DNA of 64,000 nucleotides from an uncultured Nitrospina sp. (GTDB lineage: Bacteria > Nitrospinota > Nitrospinia > Nitrospinales > VA-1), in the NCBI GenBank assembly GCA_964344595.1, contig CAYFNV010000017.1, positions 3,660-67,659 on the forward strand, written 5' to 3'. The translations under genes and the position numbers were made by a program. The notes beneath the pieces were generated by a model, which worked only from the letters and a program-made list of their open reading frames with translations, did no database searches and was not told the DNA's origin. Positions 57,289 to 64,000 of this stretch are shown in pieces; the stretch's first letter is position 1; every line of letters starts with the position of its first letter.

Positions 57289-58890
57289 TTATTCCTTAAT
57301 AAAAGCTTTTTGGGGCATTTGAAGCTTATGGTTCAAACTTGCCATTTCAGTTTGTGTAATGAGTTGAGCGTGCTCTCCATGACCACCATCATGATGTTCC
57401 TGACTGGGACGAAAATTGTCAGGGTTCACTTTTGATACCAGATGGTTTACCGAAGCATCAAATGTTTTCATGAAAGGTTTGGGATATAAACCTATCCAGA
57501 AAATCAAAACGACCAGGGGAGCGATCGTAAACATTTCCCTGGTATTCATATCTTTCAGGACTTTGTTCTCAGGATTATTCAATTCAAGAAACATGACACG
57601 CTGGAACATCCAAAGGATGTAACAGGCTGCGAGTATGACCCCCGAAGTGGCACAAGCCGCCCAAACCCCGTTGACTTGAAATATTCCAAGTAACACCAGA
57701 AACTCTCCAACAAACCCATTCATACCTGGTAACCCAATCGAAGACAGGGCCACAATCATAAAACAAATTGTGTATTTAGGCATAATTTTGGCGAGCCCGC
57801 CAAATTCTGAAATCAACCTTGTATGACGTCTGTCATAGATGATGCCTACCAAAAGGAAAAGTGCGCTGGTACTGATGCCATGGTTGATATTTTGGATCAG
57901 CGCTCCTTGGATTCCGTAGGGATTTAACGCAAATATTCCAAGCATGACGAATCCCAAATGACTAACGCTGGAATAAGCAACCAGTTTCTTTAAATCTTCC
58001 TGCACCATTGCTACCAGTGCCCCGTAAATGATGCCGATGATCGATAACCAGGCTACCATGGGAACAAACTCATAGGACGCCTGAGGGAAGAATGGCAGGT
58101 TGAAACGCAGGAAACCATAAGTTCCCATCTTCAACAAAACACCAGCCAGAATAACAGAACCAGCAGTAGGTGCTTCAACGTGTGCGTCTGGCAGCCAGGT
58201 ATGAAATGGAAACATGGGTACCTTGATAGCAAAAGCCAGAAAAAAGGCCATCCACAGCCATTTCTGAGTATCAAGTGAGACGTTAAGGTGTTCGGTTATA
58301 TAAAGAATGTCTGCGGTTCCCACACCGGTGGTCTGCTGGATATGAAAATAGATCCAGATGATGGCGACCAACATGAGTAGAGAGCCCACAGCGGTGTATA
58401 AGAAGAATTTGACGGATGCATAAATGCGACGGGGACCTCCCCAAACACCGACAATTATGTACATGGGTACCAGCTGGAATTCCCAGAACACATAAAACAT
58501 GAATAGGTCGAGGGCGATAAAAACTCCCAGCATGCCAGTTGAAAGAGCCAGCATGGCCATCATGTATTCACGGATATGTTTCTTTATATCCCAGGATGCT
58601 ATGACGCAGATCATAGTCAGGAAAGTGGTCATCACGTAAAGCAAGAGCGAAATACCATCCATACCAATGTGGTAGTTGATGCCCCAGGATTCGATCCACG
58701 GGATGTTCACCCCAAACTGCATTTTGTGTGAAGTGTTGTCGAAGTTTGTCCATAGAAATAATGACAACAGAAAATCTGCTGCCGCGATGGCAAGCGCAGT
58801 CTGTTTGATTGCGTTTTCATTTTCCTTTGGCATGAAAGCCAGGAAAATTGCCCCGAAGAAAGGCAGAAATGTGACAAAAGTTAAAAACAT
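57289..58890 (-). CDS. nuoM: NADH-quinone oxidoreductase subunit M
   Basis: 533 aa. AFAIKVPMFPFHTWLPDAHVEAPTAGSVILAGVLLKMG is the NuoM signature. Confidence 0.92.
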   Translation of the reverse strand: MFLTFVTFLPFFGAIFLAFMPKENENAIKQTALAIAAADFLLSLFLWTNFDNTSHKMQFGVNIPWIESWGINYHIGMDGISLLLYVMTTFLTMICVIASWDIKKHIREYMMAMLALSTGMLGVFIALDLFMFYVFWEFQLVPMYIIVGVWGGPRRIYASVKFFLYTAVGSLLMLVAIIWIYFHIQQTTGVGTADILYITEHLNVSLDTQKWLWMAFFLAFAIKVPMFPFHTWLPDAHVEAPTAGSVILAGVLLKMGTYGFLRFNLPFFPQASYEFVPMVAWLSIIGIIYGALVAMVQEDLKKLVAYSSVSHLGFVMLGIFALNPYGIQGALIQNINHGISTSALFLLVGIIYDRRHTRLISEFGGLAKIMPKYTICFMIVALSSIGLPGMNGFVGEFLVLLGIFQVNGVWAACATSGVILAACYILWMFQRVMFLELNNPENKVLKDMNTREMFTIAPLVVLIFWIGLYPKPFMKTFDASVNHLVSKVNPDNFRPSQEHHDGGHGEHAQLITQTEMASLNHKLQMPQKAFIKE

Positions 58891-60864
58891 TTAAAACATG
58901 ACCAGCAAAAGACTAATAAACCCGACAACAATAAATAATGCGTAATTGCGGACAAACCCTGACTGGAACACTTGTGCCTGGCGACTAAACCAGCCAATGG
59001 TATTGGCAGTGCCATTTACGGTGCCATCAATAGCTTTGGCATCGCATTCCTTCCATAAAAGCTTGGATCCTTCTACTGTGGGCTGCACGATTGATTCGTC
59101 ATAAAGTTCATCCACATAATATTTGTTTGTAACCAGATCCACTCCCCATTGACCTTCGGTAAACTTATCTGGCAAGTCGGGGCGTTTTATGTAAAACATA
59201 TAGGCGCCAAATATTCCTGTGATCGCAATTGCCAGGGAGAAGAACATTAGCATCAGTTCGATCCACCACTCGTGTTCAGCAGGCTCCAACAAATGCGTCC
59301 AGGAAGGAGCATGGCGTCCTACTTCATGAAGCAAGTGTTCAGAGTGTTCCAATGCATGAGCGAGATCAAAATGAAGGACTGGTTCCAACCAGCTGTGTAA
59401 AATATGGATATGCCACCAATGGTGGAATGGTATTCCCAATAAACCTCCAACAGTTGCAAGCCCGGCCAAAATAACAAGAGGCATGGTCATTACTTTTGGG
59501 GACTCATGGGGGTGGACAGAAGGATCGACACGGGATTCTCCATGGAATGTCATGAAGACCAGTCTGAACATATAAAAAGCGGTCAACAACGCTGCAGAAA
59601 TTCCCATCCCCCAAAATATAATATTGCCATCCAATAAAGAGTGGTAGAGCACCTCATCCTTACTAAAGAAACCTGATAAGGGAAAAATTCCGGCTATCGC
59701 TAGAGTTGATACCAGGAATGTCCAGTAAGTGACAGGCATGTGGCTTTTAAGTCCACCCATTTTACGCATGTCCTGTTCGCCATGGATTCCATGAATGACG
59801 CTGCCGGAACCCAGAAAGAGACATGCTTTAAAGAAAGCGTGGGTCACAAGATGGAAAATGGCAGCAGTGTATGCACCAACACCGCAAGCGAGGAACATAT
59901 AACCTATCTGACTGACAGTAGAGTATGCCAGAACACGTTTGATATCGAATTGGGTCATTCCTATAGTTGCCGCCATCACCGCGGTGCCACCTCCTATAAA
60001 CGCTACAACGGTCATGGTTAGAGGTGATAAATTAAATAGCGCGTTGCAGCGGACGACCATATAGACACCAGCCGTTACCATTGTGGCTGCGTGGATCAAT
60101 GCACTAACAGGTGTCGGACCTTCCATAGCGTCTGGAAGCCAAGTGTAGAGTGGAATCTGCGCTGATTTACCTGTTGCACCGACAAAAAGCAACAATGTGA
60201 TAATGGTCACTATTTCTCCGCCATAGATAAGTTTTTCCGGAGCCATATGCATGACATCGGAGAAATCAATAGTGCCGAAAATATTAAAGATGTACATGAC
60301 CGCCAATAGAAAGGCAAAGTCACCCACTCGGTTTACAATGAAGGCTTTTGTGCCTGCGTCACATGCTGATTTTTTCTCGAAGTAATACCCAATGAGAAAA
60401 TAGGAACAACAACCAACCCCCTCCCAGCCAATGAACATGAGCAAGAAGTTATTGCCCATAACAAGAAGGAGCATGGCAGAAGCAAACAGGTTGAAGTAAG
60501 CAAAGAACCGGTAGTAGCTGAACTCCTCATGCATGTAACCAATGGCATAGACATGGATGATGAAGCCAACACCAGTAACAACAAACATCATAACCAGTGT
60601 TAGAGGGTCGATCTGGAAACCAAAATCAACATTGAAATTACCAGCTCCGAACCAGGTCCATACAACCTGCTCGTAAATATGTTGCCCCTCTGGTAACAGC
60701 AGGTAGCCGATATAAATAAGGATGGAGGTAAGAAAGGAAAGGGCCATACTGCCACAAGCCACAAGCCCTACAGCATTCTTGCCAATTTTCAGTCCAAAAA
60801 ATCCATTGATGATGGATCCGATCAACGGAAAAAGAGGAACCAGACAGGTTAATTTTAGCAACAT
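58891..60864 (-). CDS. nuoL: NADH-quinone oxidoreductase subunit L
   Basis: 657 aa. GWEGVGCCSYFLIGYY, GKSAQIPLYTWLPDAMEGPTPVSALIHAATMV, and a long C-terminal extension consistent with the lateral helix. Confidence 0.92.
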   Translation of the reverse strand: MLLKLTCLVPLFPLIGSIINGFFGLKIGKNAVGLVACGSMALSFLTSILIYIGYLLLPEGQHIYEQVVWTWFGAGNFNVDFGFQIDPLTLVMMFVVTGVGFIIHVYAIGYMHEEFSYYRFFAYFNLFASAMLLLVMGNNFLLMFIGWEGVGCCSYFLIGYYFEKKSACDAGTKAFIVNRVGDFAFLLAVMYIFNIFGTIDFSDVMHMAPEKLIYGGEIVTIITLLLFVGATGKSAQIPLYTWLPDAMEGPTPVSALIHAATMVTAGVYMVVRCNALFNLSPLTMTVVAFIGGGTAVMAATIGMTQFDIKRVLAYSTVSQIGYMFLACGVGAYTAAIFHLVTHAFFKACLFLGSGSVIHGIHGEQDMRKMGGLKSHMPVTYWTFLVSTLAIAGIFPLSGFFSKDEVLYHSLLDGNIIFWGMGISAALLTAFYMFRLVFMTFHGESRVDPSVHPHESPKVMTMPLVILAGLATVGGLLGIPFHHWWHIHILHSWLEPVLHFDLAHALEHSEHLLHEVGRHAPSWTHLLEPAEHEWWIELMLMFFSLAIAITGIFGAYMFYIKRPDLPDKFTEGQWGVDLVTNKYYVDELYDESIVQPTVEGSKLLWKECDAKAIDGTVNGTANTIGWFSRQAQVFQSGFVRNYALFIVVGFISLLLVMF

Positions 60865-60871
60865 ACTTTTT

Positions 60872-61186
60872 CTACCACTTTAACAGGTTAAACTCATCCA
60901 GGTTGACAGTCGGTTTATTCCGATGCAAGGCAATGATAATAGCCAGCCCAACCGAAACTTCGGCAGCGGCCACACACATCACCATAAAACTAAAGATTTG
61001 TCCGCTTGAAAGATTCATAAAATGATCAAACGCGATCAGCGAAATATTCACTGCGTTCAGCATAATCTCAATGGACATGAACACAACGATGACGTTCCTT
61101 CGAATGAGGACGCCAACGATTCCGATCACGAACAAGGTCGCGCTCAACATCAAGTAATGAGATAAGGGAACAGTATCTTCAAGCAT
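60872..61186 (-). CDS. nuoK: NADH-quinone oxidoreductase subunit K
   Basis: 104 aa, three TM helices. [11 protein letters not shown] and [13 protein letters not shown] signatures. Confidence 0.9.
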   Translation of the reverse strand: MLEDTVPLSHYLMLSATLFVIGIVGVLIRRNVIVVFMSIEIMLNAVNISLIAFDHFMNLSSGQIFSFMVMCVAAAEVSVGLAIIIALHRNKPTVNLDEFNLLKW

Positions 61187-61189
61187 GAG

Positions 61190-61699
61190 TCAGTCCAATT
61201 TGGTTTTAGCCAGAACAACCGCCCCGACCATTGCTGCAAGTAAAAGTATTGATGCCACCTCAAAAGGCAACACGAAATCCGTAAACAAGGTTTCACCAAC
61301 TTCTGCTACCGTGCCAAAACTATCTGGAAGGATAGCTGGTGTACCCATTTTTGTGCCTAGAATAATATCCGAAATTTTATATATAATCCCTACAGCAAGC
61401 AGTCCGGTTAAAACCGAGAGCAGTAAATTTTGTTCTCTTGCTATCCAGCCTTTGTCATCACCCTTTTTCAAGTTCAAGAGCATGATCACAAACATAAAAA
61501 GAACCATAATGGCTCCGGCATAAATGATAATTTGCAAAATGGCGATGAAGTGTGCCTGTTGCAAAACAAATATTCCTGCAAGGCCCAGCATCATTCCAAT
61601 TAATGATATGGCTGAACCTACCGGACTGTTGTTAAAAACAACGCCCAAGGCAAGTATCACGCAGAGTCCAGCCAGTGGATAAAAAATCAGTAGTTCCAT
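61190..61699 (-). CDS. nuoJ: NADH-quinone oxidoreductase subunit J
   Basis: 169 aa. FIAILQIIIYAGAIMVLFMFVIMLL, with position between nuoI and nuoK. Confidence 0.88.
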   Translation of the reverse strand: MELLIFYPLAGLCVILALGVVFNNSPVGSAISLIGMMLGLAGIFVLQQAHFIAILQIIIYAGAIMVLFMFVIMLLNLKKGDDKGWIAREQNLLLSVLTGLLAVGIIYKISDIILGTKMGTPAILPDSFGTVAEVGETLFTDFVLPFEVASILLLAAMVGAVVLAKTKLD

Positions 61700-62256
61700 T
61701 TTGCGTACATATTTCGGGTGAATTCAATCCGCTTTTGTAAATCAGCGACTGGTGTCAAAAGCTGCTCCTTGGTATAAAGCATCTTCTTTCTGTCCAGCAT
61801 GGATATTTCGCAATCATCACTCATAAAAATGGCTTCTTCAGGACAAGCCTCTTCGCAATTTCCACAAAAAATGCAGATTGCGTAATCAATGTTGAACACA
61901 TCCGGCCATCTTTCATACTGGTTTTGCTTGCCGGTGTTTTGTCCGGGTTCAATGTGTATGCAATAAGCAGGGCAGGCGATTTCGCACAGCCCGCACGCAA
62001 CACAAGCAGGATGCCCGTCTTCATTCTGGGCCAGAACCGGCCTTCCTCTGTAAGCAACCGGATACTCAACCTGTTCTTCCGGGTAGTAAACTGTCATGAT
62101 CCTTCTATCTTTTTCCGTGCCAAGGAAAAAAGGAATGAACCCAAACAGGTTATGAAAAAAACGTCGGGAAGTGAGCCACATCCCCTTTAATATTTCCGGG
62201 ATATAAGACTTCTCCCACCATGTCATTTCTGGTCTTCTATTTACATAATAAGCCAT
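61687..62256 (-). CDS. nuoI: NADH-quinone oxidoreductase subunit I (2x[4Fe-4S] ferredoxin)
   Basis: CVACGLCEIACP and CIFCGNCEEACP cluster motifs. 189 aa. Confidence 0.92.
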   Translation of the reverse strand: MAYYVNRRPEMTWWEKSYIPEILKGMWLTSRRFFHNLFGFIPFFLGTEKDRRIMTVYYPEEQVEYPVAYRGRPVLAQNEDGHPACVACGLCEIACPAYCIHIEPGQNTGKQNQYERWPDVFNIDYAICIFCGNCEEACPEEAIFMSDDCEISMLDRKKMLYTKEQLLTPVADLQKRIEFTRNMYAKWNY

Positions 62257-62269
62257 GAGCGTACTCCTT

Positions 62270-63346
62270 TTAATTCAGCGCCAGGATAACAAGCCCGGTA
62301 ACAAGAATATTCGCCAAGGATAAGGGAAGAAGAATCTTCCAGCCCAGCTTCATGATTTGATCATAACGGAATCGGGGAAGTGTCCACCGAATTATCATTT
62401 GCAAATAAATGAAAAATACCACCTTGGCAAAAAACACGCCTACATGAATTAACATTACGACAAGGTTTGACCCTGTAGTGCCAAGAAAGTCAAACCAGGA
62501 AAGCAATGTGGCAGTTGTTAAAAAGGGGATATGCCACGCTCCTAAAAATAAAATGGTCATGATCGCACCGATCGTGACCATCTCAACAAATTCGGCCATG
62601 AAAAACATTCCGAATTTGAGTCCACTATATTCTGTGAAATATCCTGCAACCAACTCCGATTCTGCCTCCGGGGCATCGAAGGGGATACGTTTGTTCTCAG
62701 CAATGGATGCTGTCAAGAACATGAAAAAACCAACAGGCTGGAGAAAAATTCCCCACCTCCAGAAATCTTCCTGAATTGCACCAATTTCAGTCAACTTCAT
62801 CGAACCATAAACCATCAGAACTCCAATGATGGTTAAACCCATAGTGACTTCATAGGAAATCATCTGAGATGCTGTTCGCATGGAACCTAAAAGAGACCAG
62901 TTATTGTTAGAGCTCCAGCCGGCGATTACATATCCGTAAGTTGCTAATGATGCAATTGCAAATACGAATAAAAGTCCGACATCAAGATCAGAAATTACCA
63001 AATTTATTTTTGTATCAAACAGTGTGTATTGTCCGCCGAAAGGTACAACCGCAAATGTCAGGAGGGCAGGGACCAGAGCTATAATTGGGCTGATAGTATG
63101 AAGAACCTTGTTGGCACCCTCAGGAATAAAATCTTCCTTGGTAAACATCTTCAACGCATCTGCAATGATGTGAAACAGACCCAGTACCGTAAAGCCCATT
63201 ATGTCTGCACGGTTTGCTCCAATACGATCCTGCATGAGCGCACTCTGCTTTCGTTCCACCCAAGTCAATACCGGAGCAAAAAAGCCAACGGTGACCGCGA
63301 AGACAAATAAGATTTTAATCAGCGTTATGATTAAGTCGACCCACAT
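62270..63346 (-). CDS. nuoH: NADH-quinone oxidoreductase subunit H
   Basis: 358 aa. VERKQSALMQDRIG.NR, ADALKMFTKEDF, and the EAESELVAGYFTEYSG signature. Confidence 0.92.
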   Translation of the reverse strand: MWVDLIITLIKILFVFAVTVGFFAPVLTWVERKQSALMQDRIGANRADIMGFTVLGLFHIIADALKMFTKEDFIPEGANKVLHTISPIIALVPALLTFAVVPFGGQYTLFDTKINLVISDLDVGLLFVFAIASLATYGYVIAGWSSNNNWSLLGSMRTASQMISYEVTMGLTIIGVLMVYGSMKLTEIGAIQEDFWRWGIFLQPVGFFMFLTASIAENKRIPFDAPEAESELVAGYFTEYSGLKFGMFFMAEFVEMVTIGAIMTILFLGAWHIPFLTTATLLSWFDFLGTTGSNLVVMLIHVGVFFAKVVFFIYLQMIIRWTLPRFRYDQIMKLGWKILLPLSLANILVTGLVILALN

Positions 63347-63355
63347 GGTCTTTCC

Positions 63356-63841
63356 TTAATTCAGCGGCCCTATCAGAGGCTGCCTTTTGTTGACAGGATA
63401 ATCTTTGCGTAAAGGATGTCCTTTAAACTCTTCGTAAAGCAGAATCCGCCTTAAATTTGGATGATTGCGAAATTTGATGCCATACATGTCCCAGATTTCA
63501 CGCTCATACCAATTTGCTGTTTTCCAGAGAGGAGTTACCGAGTCAGTAATACAATCCTCCGCAGATACAGGAATTTTTACTCTTAAACGATGGTTATATT
63601 TTAAGGAGTAGAAATGATAAACCACCTCAAATCGCTCATCCTTTTTAGAGAGATAGTCTACCGCAGTAATGTCCATCAAAAAATTGAACGCTAATTCCGG
63701 ATCATCACGCAGGAACTTGAAGAACTCATTACCACAATCTTTTTTTACAGTGACTGTCTGGTCATCACGGAAGCTGTGGCTGTCGATCACGGAAGAACCG
63801 TAATGCTCTTTAATGCGTTCAATAATTTTTTCTTCAGGCAT
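63356..63841 (-). CDS. nuoC: NADH-quinone oxidoreductase subunit C (30-kDa subunit)
   Basis: 161 aa. FLMDITAVDY, FEVVYHFYS, WYEREIWDMYGIKFRNHPNLRRIL. It is not fused to a NuoD domain. Confidence 0.9.
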   Translation of the reverse strand: MPEEKIIERIKEHYGSSVIDSHSFRDDQTVTVKKDCGNEFFKFLRDDPELAFNFLMDITAVDYLSKKDERFEVVYHFYSLKYNHRLRVKIPVSAEDCITDSVTPLWKTANWYEREIWDMYGIKFRNHPNLRRILLYEEFKGHPLRKDYPVNKRQPLIGPLN

Positions 63842-63889
63842 CGTTTTTAATAATTAATAGTGTGACCAAAAAAGCTGGTCTTTTAATTC

Positions 63890-64000
63890 TTATTCCCAGT
63901 CGAGTCCGCCACGTTTCCAGACATATAAAAGTCCAATGCCGAGAATTAAAATAAACAGCAGCATTTCTATGAAGCCAAACATACCTAATCGTTTAAACAG
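63890..64000 (-). CDS. nuoA: NADH-quinone oxidoreductase subunit A, C-terminal end (rest lies outside the window)
   Basis: Manual minus-strand translation gives ...LFKRLGMFGFIEMLLFILILGIGLLYVWKRGGLDWE*, matching the NuoA/Nqo7 C-terminus (YxWkkGaLeW). The stop is at 63890-63892. Confidence 0.75.
   Translation of the reverse strand: MFKRLGMFGFIEMLLFILILGIGLLYVWKRGGLDWE

Overview
This is a 64-kb bacterial chromosomal window that looks moderately AT-rich by eye (not computed). It is densely coding, with about 55 supportable protein genes. I recognised no rRNA, tRNA, CRISPR array, transposase, integrase or prophage block. Taxon cannot be assigned from the sequence alone; the gene content looks like an uncultured Gram-negative lineage. 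All domain calls are by-eye motif recognition and need HMM confirmation.

Housekeeping content: mutL, rnd, tsaB, panB-panC-panD, coaBC, rpe, tatA, glgA, a galT-like HIT transferase, a deoxynucleoside kinase, copA, a ClC channel, fxsA, and a complex I operon on the minus strand that runs off the right edge.

Five regions stand out:
1. The left 11 kb is an island of secreted or envelope proteins. It holds two paralogous collagen-like proteins with a shared leader, charged segment, coiled coil and Gly-X-Y stalk but different globular heads, one of them TLDc-like. Between them sits a split TMTC-like membrane/TPR gene. The island also carries two paralogous STN-like secreted proteins, a CRTAC1/ASPIC-like protein, a radical SAM/SPASM enzyme and a c-type cytochrome lipoprotein.
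2. 16.3-21.6 kb is an inositol-phosphate cluster. It has myo-inositol-1-phosphate synthase, a standalone nucleotidyltransferase, two CDP-alcohol phosphotransferases (one fused to a degenerate nucleotidyltransferase-like domain) and a flippase-like membrane protein.
3. 27.8-34.5 kb is a signalling cluster: a 1.6-kaa hybrid histidine kinase with a triplicated helical sensor, a REC-HD-GYP regulator and a REC protein with a PilZ-like tail.
4. The nuo operon in the window reads nuoA-nuoC-nuoH-I-J-K-L-M-N. There is no room for nuoB, nuoD or nuoEFG at their canonical positions.
5. 54797-55723 is an orphan, signal-peptide-bearing, phage-tail-fibre-like protein.
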